Shown one piece after another: positions 20,129 to 29,140 of a stretch of 33,459 nt of DNA. This DNA is from an uncultured bacterium (lineage in GTDB: Bacteria > Zixibacteria > MSB-5A5 > GN15 > FEB-12). The notes beneath the pieces are model-generated. The model did no database searches. It worked only from the letters and a program-made list of their open reading frames with translations, and was not told the origin of the DNA. Position 1 is the first letter of the stretch. Each line of letters starts with the position of its first letter. Position numbers and translations under genes: made by a program. The stretch covers positions 1 through 33,459 of the forward strand of contig CBFCYQ010000003.1 in NCBI GenBank assembly GCA_965602205.1. Direction: 5' to 3'.

Positions 20129-20280
20129 CCGCCAAGGAAGTCCGGTTCAAATGCCTGATGTGCGGGCATGAGTACACCGGCATGTACGACCACAACAACG
20201 TCACGGAGCGCAGTTGCCCGAAATGCCGCTCGAACAGCGTGCGGCGTCTGCCTGACCGCAAGCCCGCCGAGAAAAAGTAA
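20125..20280 (+). CDS. 51-aa zinc-ribbon/rubredoxin-like protein (absent from the ORF track)
   Basis: ATGA overlap with the hdrA-mvhD stop and a GGAGGTG RBS. Translation [51 protein letters not shown] contains two CxxC pairs. Confidence 0.82.
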   Translation: MTAKEVRFKCLMCGHEYTGMYDHNNVTERSCPKCRSNSVRRLPDRKPAEKK

Positions 20281-20289
20281 AGGCGGTAT

Positions 20290-20327
20290 CCCGCCGACTC
20301 GACATCAACCAGTATCGAGGCGGCGGG
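20290..20327. terminator. GC-rich hairpin between convergent transcription units
   Basis: CCCGCCG-A-CTCGA...TCGAG-G-CGGCGGG stem directly after the operon's last stop codon. No adjacent U-tract, so a terminator role is uncertain. Confidence 0.3.
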
Positions 20328-20431
20328 TGGGAGCAGGCAGACTACATGCGTAACCGCCCGCGGGCCTGCGCAGGCTTGCCGGGACGGCCGCCCGATCCCC
20401 CCGGCCTTGTCGAATATCTCCCGTTTTTTTC

Positions 20432-21400
20432 TTAACCCGTAAGATCACCGTAAAAGAACTGGAACGGCTGCAGCACGCCGTAGCCTCGGGCGTTGTCATG
20501 GTAACCGGGATGGGTTGCCATTCGCAGCAGGTGTTCCTTGAGATCTTCGTTGTTGTTGATGGGCGTCTCGTTATCCGGGGTCTGTTTGTGCTTGTCAATA
20601 ACCAGGGCGGCCAGACCGGCCACGAACGGTGTGGCCATCGAGGTGCCACTCAAAAAGTTGAACCCGCCGTCAAGATAGGTGGAGAAGATTTCCGACCCCG
20701 GGGCCAGGAAATCTATCTCGCCACCCCGTGACGAGAAACCCGAGACGTTTCCGTTCCAGTCGTGCGAAGCCACGGTGATGACGCTGCCGTACCTGCCCGG
20801 ATAGCCGATGCTGTTCTGGTAGAGCGAGCCGGAATTGCCCGCCGCACAGATGACGTGAGATCCTTTGGCCAGAGCCTGGTGGATGGCGACAAAAATCTCG
20901 GCAGCGGAGCCGAACCCTCCCAGTGACATCGAGATGATATCCGCCTTCTGTTCGACGGCCCAGTTGATACCGTTTACAATCCAGTCGATCTGCCCGGAAC
21001 CTTCGTTATTGAGGACCTTGCCGATCAGGAGGTCCGCCTCGGGAGCGACACCAACAAATCCAAAGTCGTTCAGCCGGGCGGCGATGATGCCGGCGCAGTG
21101 AGTCCCGTGACCGTTCTGGTCTTCGACACCATCACCGGTGAAATCCGCGGTGCCGACAATGGCGGCCGCCAGGTCGGGGTGGTCGGTATCCACACCGGTG
21201 TCCAGTACGGCCACGCGCACACCCTTGCCACGGAACTTGAACCAGATAGGCACAATGTGCAGTAACTTTTTCGCCCAGGAGATCTTGTCCCCTTCCGTTG
21301 CCACCATAGCCTTGGCGTCACTTTTGGTCATCGTGCGGTGGACCATCACAGGCGGCAGGTTGAAGGGTAGCTTGTCCGTTTTGATGTTTTTGGGTAGCAT
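20432..21400 (-). CDS. Subtilisin-family (S8) serine protease, probably intracellular
   Basis: Catalytic triad motifs VAVLDTG, NGHGTHCAG and SGTSMATP, plus AAGN. AAGGAGG RBS. No signal peptide. Confidence 0.92.
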   Translation of the reverse strand: MLPKNIKTDKLPFNLPPVMVHRTMTKSDAKAMVATEGDKISWAKKLLHIVPIWFKFRGKGVRVAVLDTGVDTDHPDLAAAIVGTADFTGDGVEDQNGHGTHCAGIIAARLNDFGFVGVAPEADLLIGKVLNNEGSGQIDWIVNGINWAVEQKADIISMSLGGFGSAAEIFVAIHQALAKGSHVICAAGNSGSLYQNSIGYPGRYGSVITVASHDWNGNVSGFSSRGGEIDFLAPGSEIFSTYLDGGFNFLSGTSMATPFVAGLAALVIDKHKQTPDNETPINNNEDLKEHLLRMATHPGYHDNARGYGVLQPFQFFYGDLTG

Positions 21401-21599
21401 AAGCCCAGTCCCTCCTTTGAGGATTTCGATTAAGATGTTTGAAGAATAGTAAAACGCACCTGATGATTTACTCAGTCAGCAACATACGCAAAGTCACTGC
21501 CAGAATGTGGCAGTAGAAGCCACAAAAAATATAAACTTTGTGCTGTTTTATCTGCTTGCCGGGGTCTGCGCAGGGGCTGTCGGGTCTGCCGGCCCGCCG

Positions 21600-23012
21600 C
21601 TAAAGCTTTGAAGCCTCGGATTGAATGATATCCCAGGCGGAGTCGACATCCTGCCGTTCCACCTGCGTCTGGCCCACGCACATGCGTAACACATAGGCGC
21701 CGTTGAGCTTGGTGTGGGTCAGGTACATTTTGCCGGTGCTGTTAACGGCCTGCAGGAGTCGTGCGTTAAGCCTGTCAAGGGCGTCGCCGGCTGTATCATG
21801 CGGATGGTGGCGGAAACAGAGGAGATTAAGCGGCACCGGCGCCATAAGTTCAAATCTCTCCGAAGCTTCGATCCGCTTTACCAGACCCTGAGCCAGGTCG
21901 AGATGCTTGCGGATCATTGCCTGAAGACCGCTTACGCCGTAAGAGCGAATGACAAACCACAGTTTGAGTGCCCGGAAGCGCCGCCCGAGTTGAATGCCCC
22001 AGTCGCGATAATTATTGACGCGGTCATCCTCGGGTGTTTTGAGGTACTCCGGCATGATCTCAAACGTCCGGATGAGGGCTTCTTTGTCTTTTACGAAATA
22101 AGCCGAGCAGTCAAAATTGGTAAACATCCACTTATGCGGGTTAAAAACAAAAGTGTCGGCCAGCTCAACACCGTCGTTCATCCAGCGCCACTCCGGAAGC
22201 AGCAGGGCCGTCCCGGCATAGGCAGCGTCGACATGCAGCCAGATATCGTGTTCGCGACAGATCTGAGCGATTTTCCGGAGGGGATCGATGGCGGTGGAGC
22301 CGGTAGTGCCGATAGTGGCCACCACGCACAGGGGAATGACGCCGCCGTCGAGGTCGTGGCTGATGGCTTCGGCGAGAGCCCCCGGCAGCATCGCGAATTT
22401 GTCGTCGACCGGGACTTTTCTGAGACTGTCTCGTCCCAGCCCGGCGATTTTGACGGCCTTTTCAATGGAAGAATGTGTCTCGGTTGAGCCGTACACGGCA
22501 TACGGCGGCGCACCGGTAAGACCGCGCCGGTTGATTTCGTAATTGGTCTTCTTTTCCCGGGCGGTCAAAATCGAGCAGAGGGTGGCGGTTGAAGCCGTGT
22601 CCTGGATGACGCCGGAAAACTCCTCGGGCAGACCGATCATCTGCCCCAGCCATTGCATCACTCTCTCTTCAAGTTCGGCGGCGGCCGGGGACGTCTGCCA
22701 GACCATGCACTGTGCCCCGAGAGTAGCCGTGAGCATCTCGGCCAGGACCGACGGCGGACTGCTGTTAGCGGGGAAATAGGCGAAAAACGACGGGTGCTGC
22801 CAGTGGGTCATTCCCGGCAGGATAATCCTGCTGAAGTCTTCGGCAATGGTCTCGAACGGCTCGCCGCCGGCGGGTGGTTTCGTCGGAAGCTGGCTTATGA
22901 TATCTTTTGGTTTTACCTGTGATTTGACGGCATAGTCTCTTACGTTCTCGATATAGTCGGCCATCCAGTCGACCAGGTCATGGGCATGTTTGCGGAATTC
23001 TTCCGGCTTCAT
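21600..23012 (-). CDS. PLP-dependent group II aromatic L-amino acid decarboxylase
   Basis: Motifs THWQHPSFFAYFP, SPAAAELE, HSSIEKA, HVDAAYAG, NPHKW (PLP lysine) and LGRRFRALKLW. Confidence 0.92.
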   Translation of the reverse strand: MKPEEFRKHAHDLVDWMADYIENVRDYAVKSQVKPKDIISQLPTKPPAGGEPFETIAEDFSRIILPGMTHWQHPSFFAYFPANSSPPSVLAEMLTATLGAQCMVWQTSPAAAELEERVMQWLGQMIGLPEEFSGVIQDTASTATLCSILTAREKKTNYEINRRGLTGAPPYAVYGSTETHSSIEKAVKIAGLGRDSLRKVPVDDKFAMLPGALAEAISHDLDGGVIPLCVVATIGTTGSTAIDPLRKIAQICREHDIWLHVDAAYAGTALLLPEWRWMNDGVELADTFVFNPHKWMFTNFDCSAYFVKDKEALIRTFEIMPEYLKTPEDDRVNNYRDWGIQLGRRFRALKLWFVIRSYGVSGLQAMIRKHLDLAQGLVKRIEASERFELMAPVPLNLLCFRHHPHDTAGDALDRLNARLLQAVNSTGKMYLTHTKLNGAYVLRMCVGQTQVERQDVDSAWDIIQSEASKL

Positions 23013-23171
23013 ATTCCAACCTCTGCGAAGAGAATTTCGTCAACCTTCTAAAAGCGGCCGTGTCCGGGCGGCGGCCAAGTTTTGAACGACGTTATGTACG
23101 CAAAATAGCCCGTTACAGGTCTCCAGTCCAATTTTTTTTGTCCGGGGTGTCCGTGGTCGGCGAAGCCTCTG

Positions 23172-24134
23172 CTAAACGTGGTTCCGCAGCATCAATTCCC
23201 TCGGGTGGGGGTTGAGATAGATCTGGTTGCGGACGTATTCGACGTCGAATTTGTTAACATAGTGTCGGAGCAGAGTAATGGGGACAATCAGAGGCACCAA
23301 TTCATTGCGGTAATCTTCGATGACACTCAGGATATCCTGTTTTTCACCTGGTTCCAGGCTCTTCTTGAAGAACCCGAAAATATGCTGGAGGACATTGACG
23401 TTCTTTCGGGTCGTTGTTTTGAAACCCAGGCCTTCCATGTACAGCGCCGTGTATTTCTCGCGCAGCGCCGCCGGCGAGTATTTCTTGACCGCTGCGACCA
23501 GTTGTCCCAATTCCCGGTAATGCCTGGAGCTGTGGGCCAGCAGGAGATACTTCTGAGCGGCGTGGAATTTCACCATCGCGCCCCGCGAGCAGTCGCCGGC
23601 GAAGAAATTCTGCAGGCGATGCCAGGCAAAAACGCGGACAATAAAATTCTCCCGTAAGCGGTTGTCGTTAAGGCGTCCCTCTTCCTCGATCGGCAAGAGC
23701 GGGTGCCGCCTTGCAAGAGCGGCGCCGAACAGGCCCACCCCCCTTTTGTCCGGCATGCCGGTTTTGCCGTAAACCCGGACCCTGGCCAGGCCGCAGCTGG
23801 GCGAGTCCTTTTTCAGGATGTATCCGCTCAGGTCGCCGAGATCGCGGCGGCGGACGCGTTTTTCGGCATACCGGTTCATTCGTTCGGTCCAATCCCGCCT
23901 GGTCTTGTTGCCTACCATCCGAGGCGCCTCAACGGTTCCCTCCAGGCGGACGGACTCGCGCGGCACGCCCATGCCGACCTCAACTTCGGGGCAGACCGGC
24001 ACGAACTGAAAATACTGTCCCAAAATATCAGTGATGTAGCGGTCTCGTTTGTGGCCGGCATCAAAGCGTACTTTCTGACCCAGCAGACAGGTGCTGATGC
24101 CGACCTTTATCGGTGCTTCGGGCGCTTTTTTCAT
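23172..24134 (-). CDS. ybgA: YbgA family protein (DUF523 + DUF1722; 2-thiouracil desulfurase-like N-terminal domain)
   Basis: Motifs GISTCLLGQKVRFD, PVCPEVEVGMGVPR, KKDSPSCG, EEEGRL and the C-terminal YLNPHPRELMLRNHV. Confidence 0.88.
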   Translation of the reverse strand: MKKAPEAPIKVGISTCLLGQKVRFDAGHKRDRYITDILGQYFQFVPVCPEVEVGMGVPRESVRLEGTVEAPRMVGNKTRRDWTERMNRYAEKRVRRRDLGDLSGYILKKDSPSCGLARVRVYGKTGMPDKRGVGLFGAALARRHPLLPIEEEGRLNDNRLRENFIVRVFAWHRLQNFFAGDCSRGAMVKFHAAQKYLLLAHSSRHYRELGQLVAAVKKYSPAALREKYTALYMEGLGFKTTTRKNVNVLQHIFGFFKKSLEPGEKQDILSVIEDYRNELVPLIVPITLLRHYVNKFDVEYVRNQIYLNPHPRELMLRNHV

Positions 24135-25618
24135 CGTGTGTCCCCCTTTGATTCTCGTTTTGGTAACTCCGGTGACTTTGCCGTCAATTCTGCAGCCCGA
24201 GCCAGACGCCCGATGGCCTTTACGGTCCCTCGGAAGACAACCGCATGGAGGGGGTAGATGCCATACCAGTATGCCAGGCCTTTCAGTCCCCGGGGGTAAT
24301 ACCGGGCCGTCTGAACCAGGCGGCAGGTGCCGGAGTCGATTGGTATCACCTCAAATTCAAGCCAGCCCTGGCCCCAGAGGTTCATTTCTGCGTGAAGAAG
24401 CAGCTTTCGTTGCGGTATGTAGTCTTCAACCCGCCAGAAGTCAAGGGGGTCGCCGACGGCTATCTCGAGCGGGTGCCGGCGGCCACGCCGCAGGCCGATA
24501 CCGCCCATTTGTTTGTCGATAAAACCCCGCAGCGCCCACAGCCAGTCAGCAAAGGGCCAGCCGTTATCGCCTCCAAGCGAGGAGATAACGGCGAATACCC
24601 GGTCGGCGCCGGCCGCAACCTCAGTTTCCCGACGGTCGATAATCATATGCGAGGGATCGACGGCCGTCTGTTCGTTAGGCGGCGAAGCGTCCGTCCAGGT
24701 CGACTCCGCTGAGGCGGCGCTCGCTCCGGCCAGCGCCTGTTGCACGGCTTTCTCAAAGGTGACAGGCTCAAAATTGAAAACGTCGCTGGCGATTTCATTT
24801 TCACACACCGTTTCGTGGCGAAGGCCCTCGATCAGGGGGCGGGCCAGATGGGCTGTTATGGGTGTCACCAGGTTGACCCAGTAGGAGGACAGCCGGGGAG
24901 TCAGGACCGGGACCGCAATGAGCCACCTTTTTAGCCCAAGCACGCGGGCGATAGTCAGCATCATATCACGGTAAGTAAGAATGTCCGGTCCCCCGATGTC
25001 AAACACTTTCCCTGTTGCCCTGTCGTTGTCGATACTGTCGACCAGGTAGCGCAGCACGTCCCCGATGGCGATCGGCTGCGTCCGGGTGAAAACCCAGCGC
25101 GGGCAAATCATTATCGGCAGGCGGTTGGTTAAATGATGAATCATCTCGAAGGAAAGGCTCCCGGAGCCGACAATAACGGCGGCCCGCAGTTCGGTGATCG
25201 GCACGCCGGTGGAGCGGAGAACATCGGCGACTTCGTGACGACTGCGCAAGTGCGGCGACTGTTCCGCGTCGCGCTTACCCAGGCCACCCAGGTAGACTAT
25301 GCGTTTGACATGGGATTGTGCGGCCGCGACGGCGACGTTGGAGGCTGCGGTGCGGTCGAGGTTTTCGAAGATCTTCTCGCCGGAGGCCATGGAATGGACC
25401 AGGTAACAGATGCAGTCGATGTCCTTCATGGCGGGACCGAGCGTTTCCGGCCGGAGCAGGTCACCGGGGATAATGTCGACGCGGGAAGCCCAGGGTCGAC
25501 CGGAGAGCTTGCGGGGGTCACGGGCGAGGCAGCGCACGCGGTGGCCGCAGTCGAGCAGGCGCGGCACCAGCCTGCCGCCGACATACCCTGTAGCTCCCAG
25601 CACCAATACGAAAGCCAT
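24131..25618 (-). CDS. YbjT-like NAD(P)-binding SDR protein with DUF2867 domain
   Basis: GATGYVG Rossmann motif, YLVHSM, SPHLRSRHEV, IVGSGSLSFE, LRRGRRHP and DFWRV. An alternative TTG start exists at 25624. Confidence 0.87.
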   Translation of the reverse strand: MAFVLVLGATGYVGGRLVPRLLDCGHRVRCLARDPRKLSGRPWASRVDIIPGDLLRPETLGPAMKDIDCICYLVHSMASGEKIFENLDRTAASNVAVAAAQSHVKRIVYLGGLGKRDAEQSPHLRSRHEVADVLRSTGVPITELRAAVIVGSGSLSFEMIHHLTNRLPIMICPRWVFTRTQPIAIGDVLRYLVDSIDNDRATGKVFDIGGPDILTYRDMMLTIARVLGLKRWLIAVPVLTPRLSSYWVNLVTPITAHLARPLIEGLRHETVCENEIASDVFNFEPVTFEKAVQQALAGASAASAESTWTDASPPNEQTAVDPSHMIIDRRETEVAAGADRVFAVISSLGGDNGWPFADWLWALRGFIDKQMGGIGLRRGRRHPLEIAVGDPLDFWRVEDYIPQRKLLLHAEMNLWGQGWLEFEVIPIDSGTCRLVQTARYYPRGLKGLAYWYGIYPLHAVVFRGTVKAIGRLARAAELTAKSPELPKRESKGDTR

Positions 25619-25705
25619 TGGCAACTCGCCTGTGATTTGTTTTCGTTAGAGCGGTGTGCCCGCCGTTTATCCGGACGGGTTCTTTCGAGCGCCCTTCAGG
25701 CGACT

Positions 25706-26224
25706 TCAGTTGCGGTCGGCGTCGGCGTTGTTCGCGGCGGCTTTGGGGGGCCGGCTTGTGCCTTTGCCGCTCCCTCCGAAGATACGCTCGACAACCCTGG
25801 CCCGGTAGTCGAAAATCATCTCTATCTTTCGTTTTACCAAGAGGGCGTGGACCAGACGTCCGATTATTCCGAAGGGGAGGATATACCGGATTTCGTCAAC
25901 CATCAGGACGCCGTGATCGAGTTCGTCAAAGGTATGGGTGTGATGCCAGAACGTATAAGGGCCTTTCAACTGCACGTCAACAAAGCGATAGGGTGGCTCG
26001 TAGTCGGAAATCAATGTTCGCCAATGCATCCGGATACCGAGAATGCGGATAGAAAAATCGATGACGGTTCCGGCTTTCTTCTGGATAGGTCGCGGAGAAA
26101 AAATGACGAACTTCAAAAACGGCGGAGTGATGAGTTCCAGGTTCTCCGGGTTTTCGAACAGAGCAAAGACCTTGTTGATGGGGCGATTGATGAATTGTTC
26201 CCTTGTTAACGTATACATTTTCAT
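25706..26224 (-). CDS. SRPBCC/START-fold ligand-binding protein
   Basis: Motifs FENPENLELITPP and FVDVQLKGPYTFWHHTHTF. ATGA overlap with the photolyase stop. Confidence 0.85.
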   Translation of the reverse strand: MKMYTLTREQFINRPINKVFALFENPENLELITPPFLKFVIFSPRPIQKKAGTVIDFSIRILGIRMHWRTLISDYEPPYRFVDVQLKGPYTFWHHTHTFDELDHGVLMVDEIRYILPFGIIGRLVHALLVKRKIEMIFDYRARVVERIFGGSGKGTSRPPKAAANNADADRN

Positions 26225-27600
26225 GGTGTGGCCTCAAGCTGTAATTGTCTGATGCCGGCGATGTATTGCTGTATATCGAACTTGCGCCGGCAGCCGTTAT
26301 AACTCATGTAACGTACCTTTCCGAAGACAGGGCGTTCGAACCACGGTCGGTCGTGGACGCCACCCATACTCCAGGAAATCCCAGTATAACCGTTTGGGTC
26401 ATGCCCGTCAAGCTCGTGCCGGTCGTTAAGACTGATGGCAATATCCATTGCCGCCTCGGGTGAGGGCGACCATTCGAGAATCTTCTTGGCCCAGTACATC
26501 CGCATATACCCGTGCATCTTTCCGGTCAAGCGCATTTCCATCTGCGCCGCGTTCCACAACGGATCGTCGGCTGCAGCTTGTTCGAGTTGTTCTTCGCCGT
26601 AAATCGCAGGCCTAGGGTCGAGTCGATGTTCATCCAGTGACTTGCGGGCCCAATCCGGGAATCCCTGAAACCTGTCGTAATCGGGGTTGTAGTAGCAGAA
26701 ATTGTCGGCCAGTTCCCGCCGCACCAGTAATTCCTCCAGGAAAGATTCCTGGGATTTGATGTGTTGGTCGCGCCGCTGGACTTCCAGCGCCACCCGCTGG
26801 GCCGACAGCTGCCCGAAGTGCAGGTAGGGCGACAATTGTGACTGACCGTTTTGCGCCGGGTCATTGCGAACCGTGTGATACACGGCCAATCTGTCTTCGA
26901 GAAACCGGTCCAGGCGCGCGGCGGCTTCGCGCTCGCCGGGCTTGAATGTCTCGACAGAGGGCGATGTGGCAGGCGGGTGAGGCGGAGTAAGAGGCGACCG
27001 GTTGGCTGCCGGGGCCGATTTCTTCTCGACAAAGGGGTGCTTGACAAGATCGGGAAACGGCACCAGGAAGTCGGGGAGAAGCCGGTTGAGTTTGGGGCGG
27101 AAGGTGTAAGCCGCATATTCGAGCTTGGGCGAGGCCATCCAGCAGGGTACGACATTGTGAGCATCGACCTCGTGAAACGGTACGGCTAGGAGCCCGACGA
27201 GGCGGCTGCGGGCCTGCCGGTTGGCGCGAAGCGGCGAAAAATCCGTCACTAAAGCGGCCGCCCGGCTGTGTTCGACGTAACGAGGTAAGTCCTTCTCGGG
27301 ACTCCCCGTCAGTAATGAAAACGAAACGTTGTGCTCCGCCAATTCGCGGGCGGTCTCCCGTAGCGCCGTGAGCGCAAATAAGTGCTGTCGGGACGAGGAT
27401 TTTTCAGACAGCCAGTCGGGAAAGAAGACGACAGACAGCGGTACCCTGGCTGTCAACGCCAGCTCCTGCGCGTATAGAAGCGCCCAGTTGTCATGGGCGC
27501 GCTGGTCCCGATCCATCCAGTAAATCACGGGACCATCGCCTTGTTTTCCCTCCCGTAAAGCCCGTGTTCGGCGCGCATCAACCGTTTTGGGCATAATCAT
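26221..27600 (-). CDS. phrB: Class II CPD DNA photolyase
   Basis: YWMDRDQRAHDNWAL, VDAHNVVP, LSPYLHFG, GKMHGYMRMYWAKKILEW and DGHDPNGY..ISWS are class II signatures. The start may instead be 27594. Confidence 0.93.
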   Translation of the reverse strand: MIMPKTVDARRTRALREGKQGDGPVIYWMDRDQRAHDNWALLYAQELALTARVPLSVVFFPDWLSEKSSSRQHLFALTALRETARELAEHNVSFSLLTGSPEKDLPRYVEHSRAAALVTDFSPLRANRQARSRLVGLLAVPFHEVDAHNVVPCWMASPKLEYAAYTFRPKLNRLLPDFLVPFPDLVKHPFVEKKSAPAANRSPLTPPHPPATSPSVETFKPGEREAAARLDRFLEDRLAVYHTVRNDPAQNGQSQLSPYLHFGQLSAQRVALEVQRRDQHIKSQESFLEELLVRRELADNFCYYNPDYDRFQGFPDWARKSLDEHRLDPRPAIYGEEQLEQAAADDPLWNAAQMEMRLTGKMHGYMRMYWAKKILEWSPSPEAAMDIAISLNDRHELDGHDPNGYTGISWSMGGVHDRPWFERPVFGKVRYMSYNGCRRKFDIQQYIAGIRQLQLEATP

Positions 27601-28571
27601 GTCTGTCCCACGTCAGCTCTGGAGCGGGCTGTAGGCTGTACCGAACTCAGGGCTTCAAGTTCCCTTGCCAGACTGAGCATGTTTTTGGGCGCGCGGGCTC
27701 CGATTTCACTCAATACCGCTTTGTAATCGTTGGCAGCGCGACCGCCGGCCAGCAAGGCAACATCCGGATCCAGCAGCTTGCGCAGTCTTTTCAACTCAAG
27801 CGCGACCCGAGGTTCATCACCGGGATAGACCAGGCTAAGGGCTACTGCCCGAGCGCTCCTGTCGAGAGCGGCCGCAGCAATCTCATCAGCCGGGAGATTC
27901 GGCCCGAGGTAGACGGCCCGCCAGCCCGCGGCGGCGGCCCTGATCGTCACAATTAAAGCTCCAAACTCGTGCCGGTGGCCGACCGGCGTGGTCACGATAA
28001 GGATCGGGGCCGGTTCCCGGACTTCGTATGCCATAGCCAGACTGCCCAAGAAAGACCTGACGACCGCCGAGGCCAGGTGCTCGTGTACGATCTTCAGCGA
28101 GCCTTCACTCCAGAGATCGCCGACCCGGTACATGAGCGGCTCCAGAACCTGCTCCAAAAGGCTCGTCTGACTTAGAGATACTGAGGCTTTCATCAGTGTT
28201 GACTCCAGTCCCCTGGTATCCAGGGCGGCAACGAAACTAAGGCAGGTCTCCACGTATTGCCGGGGTGAAAGAGGCGTGTTCAGAGAAATCGAGGAAGACG
28301 CCGCCGCAGCTACCCGGTCCCGGTGAGATTCAATCAGTTTGGTAAGGTCGCTGTTGGGCAGTCGGGCTATCTGGCCAATACTCTCGCCGAGGCGGGTCGC
28401 CTTCTGCAAAAGTATGAGGTGTTCGATATCCTCGTCGGAGTAAAGTCGCCGGTTGGTGCTGGTTCGGGCCGGTGTCACGGCGTCATAACGTCTTTCCCAG
28501 ATACGGATAACGTGCGCAGTCAGGCCGCTTCTGGCAGCCACCACTTTTATAGGGTGTCTTTTTTCAAACAT
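27597..28571 (-). CDS. CarH/LitR-type MerR-family cobalamin-binding photoreceptor repressor
   Basis: N-terminal MerR HTH (IRIWERRY...RRLYS). W-x9-EH motif (WSEGSLKIVHEH), base-off/His-on motif GHRHEFG and YLGPNLP. It heads the photolyase operon. Confidence 0.85.
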   Translation of the reverse strand: MFEKRHPIKVVAARSGLTAHVIRIWERRYDAVTPARTSTNRRLYSDEDIEHLILLQKATRLGESIGQIARLPNSDLTKLIESHRDRVAAAASSSISLNTPLSPRQYVETCLSFVAALDTRGLESTLMKASVSLSQTSLLEQVLEPLMYRVGDLWSEGSLKIVHEHLASAVVRSFLGSLAMAYEVREPAPILIVTTPVGHRHEFGALIVTIRAAAAGWRAVYLGPNLPADEIAAAALDRSARAVALSLVYPGDEPRVALELKRLRKLLDPDVALLAGGRAANDYKAVLSEIGARAPKNMLSLARELEALSSVQPTARSRADVGQT

Positions 28572-28589
28572 CGTATCTCACAGGCAATA

Positions 28590-28615
28590 TTGTCTATATT
28601 TTGTATAATATACAA
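28590..28615 (-). promoter_or_regulatory. Putative CarH/LitR operator upstream of the regulator
   Basis: Two tandem 11-bp units on the minus strand, ATATTATACAA and AATATAGACAA (28590-28611), resembling nAnnTnnACAn. They overlap the palindrome TTGTATA-A-TATACAA (28601-28615). Confidence 0.6.
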
Positions 28616-28765
28616 CGAATATTCTGACGATTTGTTCTGTATACTTATGAATAGAATTCACTTTGCCTTCTGGACGCAGGTCGTTCCGTGATCCTAAATG
28701 TGTTATTATAAGCCATATTATAGTAAATATTAGTCCAAAGCAAGAATTTAATAAGTTTTTTCAAG

Positions 28766-28798
28766 AATTTAGACAAATATGAAACAAAATTGCGACAA
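28766..28798 (+). promoter_or_regulatory. Putative CarH/LitR operator upstream of the DUF378-DUF4397 genes
   Basis: Three tandem 11-bp units, AATTTAGACAA, ATATGAAACAA and AATTGCGACAA, with ACAA at an exact 11-bp period. Confidence 0.5.
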
Positions 28799-28853
28799 CT
28801 TCTGTTTCACTTATCAAAACAGGATGGATTAACAAGAAACAAAGGAGAAGATT

Positions 28854-29075
28854 ATGAAGTCCATCGATGTCATCGTAGCCGTTCTTTTAGTGGTTGGGGG
28901 GTTGAATTGGGGCCTGGTCGGTCTTATGAGTTTTGACCTGGTGGGGTCAGTCTTTGGCGCCATGAGTGCGCTGAGTCGAGTAGTCTATGTCGTGGTTGGT
29001 CTGAGCGCAATCTATCAGGCCTGGCAGTGGAAGGCCATTCAGCGTCGCTGGGGTCTGGCCGGTGCGACAAGCTAA
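28854..29075 (+). CDS. DUF378 small membrane protein
   Basis: AAGGAG RBS. LLVVGGLNWGLVGL..FDLV...SRVVYVVVGLSAIY is the DUF378 pattern. Confidence 0.85.
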   Translation: MKSIDVIVAVLLVVGGLNWGLVGLMSFDLVGSVFGAMSALSRVVYVVVGLSAIYQAWQWKAIQRRWGLAGATS

Positions 29076-29140
29076 GTCAATAAGCAGTAAACGAATTGAA
29101 CCGCAAAAAGCTAAATTACAGTAATTTAAGGAGTAACAAA

